Shown in pieces: positions 13,148-24,577 of a stretch of 64,000 nt of DNA. A model generated the notes under the pieces. The model made no database searches. It was given only the letters and a program-made list of their open reading frames with translations, and was not told where the DNA came from. The stretch's first letter is position 1, and each line of letters begins with the position of its first letter. Made by a program: the position numbers and the translations under genes. This DNA is from Blastocladiella emersonii ATCC 22665. Taxonomy: Eukaryota > Fungi > Blastocladiomycota. The stretch covers positions 1,178,001 through 1,242,000 of the forward strand of contig JANHCV010000001.1 in assembly GCA_025594325.1 (NCBI GenBank), given 5' to 3'.

Positions 13148-14693
13148 ATGCAATACGAAATCAACTGGCCACAGGCCAGTTTCCTGACCATCACGCCGCT
13201 GCTGGCGCTCTACGGCGTTTCGACGGTCCCGCTCGAGTCAAGAACATTCACCTGGGCCTTCATCTACTACTTGATCACCGGGCTCGGCATCACGGCGGGC
13301 TACCACCGCCTGTGGGCGCACAAGTCGTACGACGCGTCGCTGCCGTACCAGCTGTGGATGGCGCTCGCCGGCGCTGGCGCGGTCGAGGGCTCGATTCGCT
13401 GGTGGTATGTAGTAGCCGTTTTCTCGCCGCTTGCTCGCCCGCTTGCTCGCTGGGGTTGTGTGCGTGATGGAGCCATGATCGCGACGCGTTCGTGTGGCGC
13501 ACGCGCGCGACCCGAAACTGTCTCGCAGTGGCGCTGCAGCCCCAAGACTTGGAGGAGGTGGCTGCACGCGCGGGACCGGGCACTCGGCTCGCGGAACGTC
13601 TCGCACCCGCAGCCCCAGCGCCCGATCGTCCCGTCCCCACGCATCCGCTAACTCGACTGCCTCGCTTTCCCCCAGGTCCCGCGGCCACCGCGCGCACCAC
13701 CGCTACACCGACACCGACAAGGACCCCTACAACGCGCACCGCGGCCTGTTCTGGGCCCACATCGGGTGGATGCTCGTCAAGGAGACGGGCCCGAGCGCCA
13801 AGGCGCTGGGCCGCGTCGAGATGACGGACCTCGACAACGACCCGCTCGTCAAGTGGCAGCACAAGAACTACGTGCCGCTCGCGCTGTTCATGGCCTTCGC
13901 GTTCCCGACGCTGGTCGCGGGGCTCGGCTGGGGTGACTGGCTCGGCGGCTTCTTCTTCGCCGGCGTCGCGCGGCTCGTGTTCGTCCACCACGCCACTTTC
14001 TGCGTCAACTCGCTCGCTCATTACCTCGGCGATGCCACGTACGACGACATCCGGTCCCCACGCGACCACTTCATTACGGCGCTGGTCACGTTCGGCGAGG
14101 GTACGCGCTCTCTGACGGCTCGGGGCGGCTCCGGTCGCTCCCCAAACCCGTTTTCGCTCTTTTTTTTCGACTCCCTAACCTCACCAATCATCGAATACGT
14201 GTCAGGTTATCACAATCTACATCATGAGTTCCCTAACGAGTTCCGCAACGCCGTCAAGTGGTACCAGTACGATCCGACCAAGTGGCTGATCTGGACCTGC
14301 TCGCTCGTCGGCCTCACGCACAACCTCAAGACGTTCCCCGACAACGAGATCCAGAAAGGCGAGCTGCTCATGACCGAGAAGCGCTGCCGCGAGTGGCGGC
14401 ACCGTTTGGACTGGGGGAAGGCGACCGAGACGCTACCCGAGTGGGACGCGACGACCTTCACCGAGGAGCTCAAGCTCAACCCGTTCATGATGGTCATCGA
14501 GGGAGTCGCCTTCGACGTCTCGCACTTCATCAAGGACCACCCGGGCGGCGTCAACTTCATCAAGTCGTACCTCGGCAAGGACGCGACCAAGGCGTTCAAC
14601 GGCGGCGTGTACCGCCACAGCACGGGCGCGCGCAACCTCATGTCGCACCTGCGCGTCGCTCGCGTCAACATGGACGATGCTCGCGAGGAGTAA
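13148..14693 (+). CDS. OLE1: Delta-9 fatty acyl-CoA desaturase with C-terminal cytochrome b5 domain, 3 exons
   Basis: His boxes GYHRLWAH, HRAHHRYTDTDKDPY and GEGYHNLHHEFP; b5 heme motif HPGG. Introns 13405-13675 and 14101-14205 join the frames. Confidence 0.95.
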
Positions 14694-15040
14694 AGAACCT
14701 CCTTGTCAATTGTTAGTATATAGTTCTTTCTACTTGATCTCGCCCGAAGCCCGTCAAATCCGAGAGCAGTTTCAGCGGCGAACCGAAGTTCCTCGCACGC
14801 AATAATGTTGCGCGTGAGAACTATTTTATAGGAGGAATCGGAGGCAAACTTTACGTTGGAAGCAAAGTCGCTGTTGGCTCAAGGTGGCGCGTCGCGACGC
14901 GTTTTGATCCAATCATGATCAAAAGTCGCTCGTGACCGATGGCGTGGCGTGGAATCCACTCGTCCTTTTGCAAGCAAGGTCTGAGACCTTGACAAAATCG
15001 GCCTACAAGCCGAAAGTGGTTGCAAGGTTGTCGCGCTTGA

Positions 15041-15196
15041 TCGCGGCAGCGCTTCTTGGTCATGAGCAGCTCGCCCTTCTGGATCTCGTTGTCGGGGAAC
15101 GTCTTGAGGTTGTGCGTGAGGCCGACGAGCGAGCAGGTCCAGATCAGCCACTTGGTCGGATCGTACTGGTACCACTTGACGGCGTTGCGGTAGGGA
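15041..15196 (-). pseudogene. Inverted partial copy of OLE1 exon 3
   Basis: 15041-15190 is the reverse complement of 14243-14392 (150 bp) with two substitutions seen (AAA>AAG; GAG>AAG). 15191-15196 matches 14230-14235 after a 7-bp deletion. Flanked by direct repeat cgcgcttg at 15032-15039 and 15198-15205. Confidence 0.9.
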
Positions 15197-17030
15197 GCGC
15201 GCTTGGTGAGTGCTCCTTGTGTCGATGCTGGGGAGATCGCGCTTTCGCGCTGTAATCGTTGACAAATTGCTGGAGGTCGGCAAGAATCCAGTCGCACACG
15301 ATCCCTTCAAGCTCATGATTTGCGCGCAACAGGCTGGGGTTGTCGGGTAGTGGTTCTGGAGTCGTTGTGCGAGAGGTGGAACTGCACTTGGCGGGGTCCT
15401 TCAACGCGACCTGGAAATCGGCGCGGCGAATCTGAGAATGAACATGTAAGCTGATGATGGTTGCGAGCATGATTGAGGTTTCCCGCGACTAAGGGTGCTA
15501 CCAGGAGTGCTACTGGTGTGTGCGAGGACCGCTGGCGGAGCAAGTCGCGTAGCGCCACTCAGCTGACTTGAAACGCCGCGCAGGCGACCCACGACACCGT
15601 GCGGGTCGGCGCCCACCCCTCTCTCCTAACAGCGACCACCACTTCTTCACCCACAACATCTTTACCTTTTGCAATGTAACTCTATCAACCTTCTTTGCGG
15701 TCGGGTCCACGAGCCGCAGCGACGGCGCGATTCTTGCTTCTTGATTTACCAGTCGAACCTGATCCATGTTGTCAAGGCGGGCCTCAATACCGGTCCCAAT
15801 CATCAGTTGCTGTCTATCACCTCGCTGCACAGCTGTCGGTTGTCCTTGCGCTATGACCACCGGGACATCCGGCCAGTCGCCCCGCTCACGAGCCAACCGT
15901 CTTTTCGCGGCATGAAACCATGCGGAGCAGCACAACAGGTAAAGGGTGCACAAAAGACTGATTTGGCCGCTGGGTCGAGAAATGAATCAGCTCCAACGGT
16001 GTTGCTCGAAGAGCAACTCGAGCTCCGCGTAGCACAATCCGTGACTTGACCGACCAGACCCTTCCTCGTCGTTGCAGTCGCATATACCAGCTTCGGCTCA
16101 CTCGCGAGAACCTGGTCGTGATTGGTTGAGGGTCAGGCACCGAAATTCACATCACCATGAAACCTCTCGCACGGACTTGCGCCGAATCGTTAACTTTATC
16201 GAGGACGAGTACACAGCTTCAATGGAAACCGTAACACTCGAGCTTTAACGAGTTTTCATGCAACAACTCTGGCAGGACCGGATCGTCCACGTCCGCGTTG
16301 GAAACGGCCTACATCATCACCTTTGCACATTGTACGAACTTCACTAAGTTTGATAAAGCTTGCCCTACGTGTTGAAGGTAGGCAACGCGTTCGTTACCAG
16401 GCTACTAAGTACGGTGCCTCTGGGCCCCCTCCACTCGTCGCTGGACCGCGCGTGAGCTTATCTTCCTTCCCGTGACGCGTTTAAATGTGACTGAATCTAA
16501 GGAAGGACCCGGTTCGTGATCTCGTGCACACGTTGTTGATATCACACTCTCTTGTTGCTCTTTCGTCCAGCCCAAAGTTCGTAGTGCGTGGTCCGACCAA
16601 TCCACGCGAGCGTTGCTTGCTCGTCTCTCCCGCCTGTTTGCGCGCCAACGGCCCCCTGATAACCCGGGCGGGAGCGGCGAGTTCTGCGTGGTAGTATCGC
16701 TTCGCCGAAACTTTCGGTGCTTACGTATGGCGTTCAACGCGTGGCTGCCGAAACGGTACGATGTACCAACGAAGGCGTGTGCGCGGGGTCGCGGATCGTT
16801 CCGCTCTTGGATTTCATTTATGGTCGCTGTTGCTTCGCGCTGATTGATACGAAACCATTTTTTGCTCCGTGTGGCCGGGTTGAGTGACGCGTTGGGTCGC
16901 GCTGCGCCACTCAGGTGACCCGGCCCCTCGCGACAGCTCATGTGACGCGCCCGCTCGAGCGCGCTGTGATCGCCGCGCCACGCGCGGCAGCCCACAGCTC
17001 TCCCCCACAAACCCAACTCGACACCTTGCA

Positions 17031-18011
17031 ATGAATCCTACTGCACCACCGGCCCTACCCAACGTGATCCAGTCGCTCCCGAGCACGGGGACGAGCGGCG
17101 GCGCCGCCGCGACGGGCGCGGCCGCGCTCGGCGCGACGTCGGGCTCGATGCGCACCAACTACGACACGCACGGCGTCGACGGGTACTACACGCAGGTGGG
17201 CGCGTCGTACCGCAACCCGCACTTCCCGGGGCTCAAGCAGTGCACGCGGGTGCTCATGGACGCGTGGGTGACGCCCGGCGCGACCAACGTGCCGCTCGAC
17301 CACGGCGTGTGGCCGGCGCCCGCGGCGGACGGCGGGCCCGCCGTGTGGCGGATGCTCGATCTCGCAGCAGGCAGCGGCGAGGCGACGGTCGCCATCGACG
17401 AGTGGCTCGCGCTGCGGTCGGGCAAGATGACCATGGGCGCGGTGCCCGGCGCCACAATCACGGTCCCGGAGCCCGCGGTCGGCGCGACGACACCCGTCCC
17501 GATGGCCCGCCCGCCCGTGGTCACGCAGACGCCCGTCCCGCGGCCCGGCGTCGCGCTCACCCGCCCGCCCGTGTCGCGGCCCGGGTCCGCGCGCCGCACG
17601 GCGGCTGCGGCGCCCGCGTTCCCCGAGAGCGGGATCGTGATCGAGTGGACGGCGGCGGACCCGTACACGCAGGAGGCGTACACGGCGCGGACGGGCCGCG
17701 AGTGCCACGACTGGTCGTTCGAGGACGTAGCGGGCGGGGTGGTGGACGAGGAGATGCCGGGGACCGTGTTCGACATTGTGGTGTTCTCGTTCGCGCTGCA
17801 CCTGCTCGACGCGTCCAAGCTGTTCGGGACGCTCGACCCGCTGGCGCGGCGGGCAAAGTACCTGGTGGTGCTGTCGCCGCACAAGAAGCCCGATATCAGC
17901 GAGACGACCGGGTGGGCGCTCGTGCACGAGGCCTACTCGGGCGGCGCGGGCAACAACCGCGTGCACGGGCGGCTGTTCCAGTCGCTCCTCTTCTCGGGCG
18001 GCGACGAGTAG
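17031..18011 (+). CDS. Uncharacterised SAM-dependent methyltransferase-like protein
   Basis: Intronless ORF with strong GC3 bias. Motif-I-like MLDLAAGSGEAT, later FDIVVFSFALHL and VVLSPHKKP, N-terminal YDTHGVDGYYTQVGASYRNPH; Pro-rich insert in the middle. Confidence 0.7.
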   Translation: MNPTAPPALPNVIQSLPSTGTSGGAAATGAAALGATSGSMRTNYDTHGVDGYYTQVGASYRNPHFPGLKQCTRVLMDAWVTPGATNVPLDHGVWPAPAADGGPAVWRMLDLAAGSGEATVAIDEWLALRSGKMTMGAVPGATITVPEPAVGATTPVPMARPPVVTQTPVPRPGVALTRPPVSRPGSARRTAAAAPAFPESGIVIEWTAADPYTQEAYTARTGRECHDWSFEDVAGGVVDEEMPGTVFDIVVFSFALHLLDASKLFGTLDPLARRAKYLVVLSPHKKPDISETTGWALVHEAYSGGAGNNRVHGRLFQSLLFSGGDE

Positions 18012-18161
18012 CGGCGGCGGTGGCGGCGTGCGTGGTATGAGAATATATTAGAAACGTGTTTGGCAACAGCAGCAGCGACCGGTGGGCCGCGCCATTTCGG
18101 TACGGCAGGGAAGAGAGAAGTGTAATCAGAGTACAGCGGACATGGAACATCTCGGCGACCA

Positions 18162-19103
18162 TCACTCGTCGCGGTGGGCCGAGCGCGCCGACACGACCGA
18201 GCTGACGAGCGAAAAGTCGGACACGACGGACCGTGCGTCGTCCTCGGGCACAGGCACGAGCGGGGCGTGGCCGTGGGCCCACTCGTTGCCGAAGAGCACG
18301 TCGCGGTCCTCGGGGTGCAGGGCGGCGGCGGGACCAGCGTCCTCGCTCGCGTGCTCGGCGGCCAGCGCAGCGGTGGTGGCGGGCGACTCGGCAAAGGCCG
18401 ACTCGACGAGCTTGGACTGCTCGTAGACGGCGTCGAGGTGGACCTGGCGCTCGAGGGCCTCGCGCTTCTCGAGCAGGGCGCGGATCTCCTCGTTGATGGA
18501 CTGGAACTGGGCCGTCACCTCCTCGGAGAGCGGCACGTCGTCGGGGATGTAGCTGACCATGGGCTGGTGGTCGCGGCGCGAGCGGCGGCGGTTGCGGCGA
18601 CTGCTGGTGGTAGTGCCGGTGCCGGAGCTGGACGAGCACGACGAGGATGTGGCGGTGGTGCCCGAGATGACCGAGTGCGAGTCCGAGCGGGCCGGGGACG
18701 GCGAGCGCGAGCGGGTCTGCGTGTGCGTGCGCGCCGCGCTCGATGGGGCGGCGACGGCGGGCGCGATGGGGGCGCGCACGTCGGGAGCGGGCGCGGCGGT
18801 AGCGGGGGCCTCGAGGCGGCGGATACGCAGGCCAGCAGCAGCGTCGGGGCGCGCCGTGGTCGAGGCCGAGGGCGACGTTGAGCGGGCCGGCTTGGCGTCC
18901 TTGGTATCACGCTCGTCATCACTGGCGTCGTCGCGGAAGCGGGCGTCGGGCTCGTAGGGCGGGCAGTCGACGCGGTGGGCGTGCGACTCGTAGACAAACT
19001 CCTTGGCAAAGTCGTCCTGCATCGACACGACCACGGCGCTGACGACGACCGCGGCGGCCACGATGCCGATGACGCCGAGCACGACGGGGTTGAACAGCGG
19101 CAT
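18162..19103 (-). CDS. Hypothetical protein with N-terminal TM/signal anchor, Ser/Pro-rich linker and short coiled coil
   Basis: ATG in gccATG context. VVLGVIGIVAAAVVVSAVVVSM hydrophobic helix, coding-like codon bias, QFQSINEEIRALLEKREALERQ coiled coil. Confidence 0.65.
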   Translation of the reverse strand: MPLFNPVVLGVIGIVAAAVVVSAVVVSMQDDFAKEFVYESHAHRVDCPPYEPDARFRDDASDDERDTKDAKPARSTSPSASTTARPDAAAGLRIRRLEAPATAAPAPDVRAPIAPAVAAPSSAARTHTQTRSRSPSPARSDSHSVISGTTATSSSCSSSSGTGTTTSSRRNRRRSRRDHQPMVSYIPDDVPLSEEVTAQFQSINEEIRALLEKREALERQVHLDAVYEQSKLVESAFAESPATTAALAAEHASEDAGPAAALHPEDRDVLFGNEWAHGHAPLVPVPEDDARSVVSDFSLVSSVVSARSAHRDE

Positions 19104-19380
19104 GGCGGAGCCAGGTGCGTCGCTGCAGAGAGTGTTGGTGGTGGTGGCGGCCCGTGGGAAGCGAGTGTGCGGCGTGCGATGGACGATGCGGGCAGCGGGC
19201 GGGGGGAGCGAGAGCGAGAGAGCGCACGCAGCGAACAAACGCGCCTCGGACAGCGGCCGGCAGCCGCACGTGGCCGCGTTGCGCCGCCAAGTCGACGTCG
19301 CACCGCCTTCACATGCTCTCTCGCAACGAACCCTCCCATCCATGAATCCGTGAACGCATCGAGTATCCACTCGCTGCAAC

Positions 19381-21492
19381 ATGACCGCCGTCATCGACAA
19401 TGGTACCGTGCCTGGCGCCGCGGGGCTGCTCGATCACATCGGTTGAACCTAGCCGCATTCTGACCAAGCGCCGTTCACCACAGGCTCGGGCCTCTTCAAG
19501 GCCGGCTGGGCCACGGACGATGCGCCGATTGGTATGCATTTTTCATCCTATGTGCCGCACGCAAGCCGAGCGCTCACCGCCGTCCCCGCGCTAGTCATGA
19601 CCGACCCGACCGTCAACAAGCTCCGCGACCGCCACACCGCCGTCAACACGGTCCACGTCGGCTACCTCGGTGGTCAGCGCGCGCGCACACCCTTTGACGA
19701 CGGCGTCGTGATCAGCTCCGATCTCATGGTACGCTGAACCGTCGCTACAGGCGCGAGCGTACGCGACTCACACTCCATTCGCTTGCTCTCTGTAGGAGAC
19801 CATCTTCGACTACGGGTTCATCAACCTAGGCGCGACCCCGGACAACCTCGAACGCGTCGTCCTCACCGAGCCCGCCACGAACCCGCCGCTGAGCCGAGCC
19901 ATCGTGCAGGAGCTCATGTACGAGGCCTACAACGTGCCCGAGCTCGCCATCGGCGTCGACGGCCTCCTCTCGCTCTACCGCAACGCACCCAACGCGTTCC
20001 CCGCCACGCCGACACCAAACCACATGGCCGTCGCCGTCTCGGTTGGCCACAGCAGCACCACCGTCATCCCCGTGGACCCGTCGGGCTCGCCCGACTTTTC
20101 GGCCGCGCAGCGGTACGCCGCATCTGGTACGGAAACTGTCGGTGCCACTGATTGACACCTCGCGCCGTCCCACGTAGGCTCTCGGTCGGCTGGGAGAAGC
20201 TGCACGGCTACATGCAGCACCTGGTCCAGACAAAGTACTGGGACTTCCCGCACATTTTCGGCTTCCGCGACCATGAGGACTTCATCCGCCACCACTGCTA
20301 CGTCGCCCAGTCGTTCCCGGCCGAGCTGCACCGCCTCCTCGCCGACCCAGCCGCCGACGTGGTAGTTCAGTACCCCGTCACCTCAACAGTACGCGTCCCC
20401 CAAACCACCACGCGATACCCCAAATCCTGCTGACTCTGCGCGCACTGTGTAGCACACTCAAGCGATCCTCGAGCGCGTTACCCTCACCGCCGAGGAGCAG
20501 GCCAAGCTAGCCGCCGACAGGCCGAAATGGATCGCCGAGCTCGTCTCGGCCCGCGCCAAGCTCGCGGAAAAGGCCAACCGCCAGAGCGCCGGATCAGCCG
20601 CACGGAAAAAGTCGGAGACCGCGACGCGGATGCGCGTCATGGCCTCGCTGCTCGACGAGGACGAGGAGGATACCGGCAAGGGGCGCCGGCGAAAGCGCGC
20701 TCGTGCGACTGGTACGTACCGCTGTCGCTGATACTTTCGAAATGCCGACCCACTCACGAATGGATTTCCGCTGTTTGTAGAGGATCGGTTCGGCGACGAC
20801 ACGGCCGGGTGGCAAGTCTACACCTCCCTGGTACGATTTCCACGCGGATATGCAGCAAAGGAACAACTGACACGGCCTGTTGAATATAGTCCAAGGACTC
20901 GCCCGACGACATCGACGACGACGCATCCGCCGCACTCGCTCGACTAGACCGACTGCTCGCCGAATACGACCCGCTGCGCCTGCACCGCGTTAGGGACCAG
21001 ACCACGGTGCTGCACCGCCTGTCCCGCGGCGCGCCCATCGCACCGGACACACCCGACGACGAGCGTTTCCTTCGTGCGCACCAGGTCCGGCTGAACGTGG
21101 AACGCGTGCGCGTGCCCGAGGCGCTGTTCCACCCGTCGCTGGTGGGCGTGGACGAGGCGGGCCTACAGGACCTGGTCCTCTCGGCGGTGCAGGCGGTGCG
21201 CCGTCGCTGCGACAACGACAACTCGAGAACGAGTCCGATCACGGCAGCGACGGTCGTGTGCAGCGGCGGCGGCGCGACAATCCCAGGGCTCGCGGACCGA
21301 CTCGGGCTCGAGCTGACGCGCGAGCTGCCACAGGCCTTTTCGCTCGACGTGCGGCGCGCGGCGGACCCGGTCGTGGACGCGTGGCGCGGCGCGGCGACGG
21401 CGCCCGTGGCGTACGTGTCGCGCGCCGAGTACTTTGAGCACGGCGCGGGGTGGTTCCGCGACCACCGGTTCGGCAACCCGGCCGAGTGGTGA
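19381..21492 (+). CDS. ARP5: Actin-related protein 5 (INO80 complex), multi-exon
   Basis: Actin-fold motifs VIDN|GSGLFKAGWA, VVLTEPATNP, QELMYEAYNVP, VGHSSTTVIPV, charged insertion, RVRVPEALFHPSLVGVDEAGL, DAWRGAA, SRAEYFEHG. Several gtac../..ag introns. Confidence 0.88.
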
Positions 21493-21745
21493 CGCGGTAG
21501 TGATGTGACGAATACAGGACCAGTTGATGGCACGGTTGATTGCGCGGGAGAGTCTTGCGCGGGAGCCCTGCGCGCGGATAGACCCGCAGAGAAGGGACGC
21601 GTTGTTCATGCGCGTGGACGTGATCGCGCGCGTCTCGCGTGTCTCCCGAATACAGCAACGTGAGGGCAACGCCGAACACACACACGTTTACTGAACCTCA
21701 CACACAACAACGAAACGAATGTAAAGGCGACTCGCTGCAACGCAC

Positions 21746-23269
21746 ATGAAAATGAATGACAAAGGAGCACTCGTCGACGCATGGATCTCGCTGTCGGTGT
21801 ACTCGGCCACGCTGCCCATCAACCTGTACTTTGCGCGCAAGTTCTGGCGCGAGTGGACCCTCGCTGGCCGCCGCCGCGCTGGGCTCGAGCACCAGCAGTA
21901 TGTTCTGTGGGTGTCGTTTTCGGCCGTCCACGCGCTGCACATGGCGAGCTCGGCGGCGCGGATCCTCGAGGAGCAGGCTGGCATGGTCCAGTGCCCGTCA
22001 GGACCGAGCGCCTCGCTGTGCTGGCTCGGGGCTGCGCGAGCGAGCACGCTGATCCTTGACGCAGCGTGTCTGGGCGAGGTGCTGGCGCTCCCCGTGTACC
22101 CGGTCCTCCTGCTTGGCACGGCACTCGACGCGCTGCCTCGGCTGCAGCTGACTCGCCACGTTTTTACGGGTTGCAAGGCGCTGCTCCTCGTCCTGACGGC
22201 CGTCCTCGCGACGCTGATCCCGCTGCGCACGGCGCTCCGCCTGATCGGGCCGGGCGCGTGGCTCGGGCTGGGCACCTTTTTCGGCGTATACGGACTGGTC
22301 TTCAACCTCTACTTTGGGATGCTCGTGGTCCTGGCCACCATGGCGCTCGCGGGCATCTTTTGGATCATTGCGCGGTCGCGTCCTGGCGCTGCGGCGCGCA
22401 CTAGCATTCGTGCCTCTCGACCCACTTTACAGCAGCAGCACGACCGAGATCAGGCCACTGCAGCGGCACCTACTCGGCTGCACTTGTCTCCCGGTACCGC
22501 CACAACACCTGCCGTTGTGGGCGAGAACAGCCCTTCGTGCGAGCCATCACTGCCCAAGTCTCGCAGCGGCGAGCGTCCAAAACGCACATCCTCATTCTCG
22601 CGTGCCAAGCTCCTCGTATCATTGAAGCGCGCTTGCGGCCGACCGCACACGGTTGAACCACTGAACGACACCGTGGTCGACCCGAGGACCAGCGACGGTT
22701 CGAGCGATACCCAGTACCAGCGGTGCTTTGTTCGACTCGCCGTGCTCGTGGCGTGGACGGTACTGCTCCTTGGCGGGAACGCCTACTTGGTTTCAGGCGC
22801 TGCAGGGCTCTCGGCGCAGCTCAACGACGTGATCGGATGGGTGAGCGCGCGCTTGATCACCGTCAGCTTCTACCGCGCGCGAAAGTTGCTGCGCGACGTG
22901 ATGATTCTTTGGCGCCGGCTTCCAAACGCCGAGGCGGGGACGCTCCTCGCGAGCGCGTGGAATCCGCAACAACAACAACAACAGCAGCAGCAGAAGCAGT
23001 CGGGCAACATGACTGCGTTGTCGTCGCACCATCACGCTGCGACTTCGTCGACTCGACCAACGACGTTGGCGTCTGCGACGGAAAATTGGAGCACGCTTGG
23101 CCGTAGTTCGAGCAACCACCATCAGCACCAAAGCCGCGATGATGCTCATGAGATTGGAGACCATTCCAGCGACAATGATGCAGCAGCCTCCTATTACGTG
23201 ATGAGCCTTGCGCGGAGTGGACAACGGGACGACGAGGGGAAGAGTGACGCGCTCCCCTTGCCAACTTGA
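21746..23269 (+). CDS. Orphan 7-TM GPCR-like protein, paralog A copy 1 (507 aa, intronless)
   Basis: Seven hydrophobic segments with a long Ser/Pro/Arg-rich loop between TM5 and TM6. Motifs EVLALPVYP and IGWVSARLI shared with 57045-58493 and 58739-59806. PolyQ in the tail. Confidence 0.75.
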   Translation: MKMNDKGALVDAWISLSVYSATLPINLYFARKFWREWTLAGRRRAGLEHQQYVLWVSFSAVHALHMASSAARILEEQAGMVQCPSGPSASLCWLGAARASTLILDAACLGEVLALPVYPVLLLGTALDALPRLQLTRHVFTGCKALLLVLTAVLATLIPLRTALRLIGPGAWLGLGTFFGVYGLVFNLYFGMLVVLATMALAGIFWIIARSRPGAAARTSIRASRPTLQQQHDRDQATAAAPTRLHLSPGTATTPAVVGENSPSCEPSLPKSRSGERPKRTSSFSRAKLLVSLKRACGRPHTVEPLNDTVVDPRTSDGSSDTQYQRCFVRLAVLVAWTVLLLGGNAYLVSGAAGLSAQLNDVIGWVSARLITVSFYRARKLLRDVMILWRRLPNAEAGTLLASAWNPQQQQQQQQQKQSGNMTALSSHHHAATSSTRPTTLASATENWSTLGRSSSNHHQHQSRDDAHEIGDHSSDNDAAASYYVMSLARSGQRDDEGKSDALPLPT

Positions 23270-24495
23270 AGGCGCGACGCTCACGCGCGCGTCTAGGAAA
23301 TACAAACAGTTTTGGGAACGTGATGCAAGTAGTCCATGCCGAGAAACTCAAGCGCACACGCCGGCCGGCTTGCCGTGAGCGACGCGGGACGCCATCAAGT
23401 GAGCGATCAGACTCGACGCGTTTCAGGCTGCGTGCGCCACAGTGGCTGAGTGGCGCGACGCGCGAGCGCATGCTAGGCGGTAATCCGATCCCCTGGGCGC
23501 GTTCTCGGGGCGCAGGTTTGTCAAACTCGCTCGCTCGACTCAGAAAGGACTGCGGAGCACGCACAGCCACGGGCGAGCTAGATGATGGCCATTTGTGGGC
23601 GGGAGCACCACGTTCAGGCAGGAACTCATCATCGGGTGTTGAGCTGTGCAGGTCAAGCGAGAGGAGGCCACGATACAGCTAGTCAGGGTGGTGTATTCCT
23701 GCTTCGGCACTGAACCAGGGCTGGGTGAGTGAGGGAGACTAACAGAAGCGGGGAGCGCCGCCGCGGGAGTGCGGCAGGCGGCGAGGCGGGATGCGGACAA
23801 ACCACGCGAGATCAAGGTGGATGATGACTCCGATCACCACTGCATGAACGACGTGTAACAGAGGGTCCCCGACCGAGAACGCCGCGACAAGCGTGCGCCA
23901 GAAGATAACCATGTTGGATCCCACAAGCAATATGTTGACGGAATCGGACACCACGCTTGGTTCGACAAGCTGGTAAGCGTTGACAATGGTTCGAGAGTGC
24001 CGCGGGAGCGCAACTGGCCGTTGTGGTCAGTGTAATCGGAGTCGGAGAGATATGCTCAGCATGACGGACTCAAGCGGTGAACTACTCCGCAAACAAGAGG
24101 ATGATGTGGTACACGCAGGAACAACCCTTCAAAAGCGAATGCGGCTCAACCGCTGCTTCTGCATGTCGTCGCACAGAGCGAGGTTCTCCGCCAGGGCCAG
24201 GGACGCGTGCTACACGACGGCAATGCGAGACTGTCGGCCATGTATAGTTGCGACGTGTGAAGCAGTTCCATTTGATGATAGTTTGAGTGACGCTAACGTT
24301 AAGAGCATCGATAAAGGTCCAGTACCACTAGCGCAGGGAGCAAACGGGAGGCTGCGTGCGCGGCTCGGAGGGAAGCCTGCTCCGTAACCCCAGCAGGAGC
24401 CTCGCAAACCGGAAAAGGGTAAGAACAGCGAGCTGGAACGAGGAGATTGACCAGGCCGGAACGGCCTGGTCAGGGGCACAAGAAAAAAAAAGAAA

Positions 24496-24577
24496 CGACA
24501 ACGACAGGGTTCGAACCTGTGAGCGACTAGCGCAACTGATTAGTAGTCAGTCCCCTTAACCACTCGGGCACGTTGCC
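24496..24577 (-). tRNA. tRNA-Ser, anticodon ACT (copy 1)
   Basis: Reverse complement of 31879-31960; same cloverleaf with long variable arm and G73. Confidence 0.88.

Noticed and set aside
15144-15953. pogo/Tc5-like hints (HELEGIVCDWI resembling a CENP-B HTH; LDNMDQ resembling NMDET)
   Set aside because: The two motifs are in the wrong order for a pogo transposase and each match is weak; no TIRs were found.
22967-22993. (CAA)5(CAG)4 polyQ in receptor paralog A, and the polyQ tail of DRC1
   Set aside because: Ordinary coding microsatellites.
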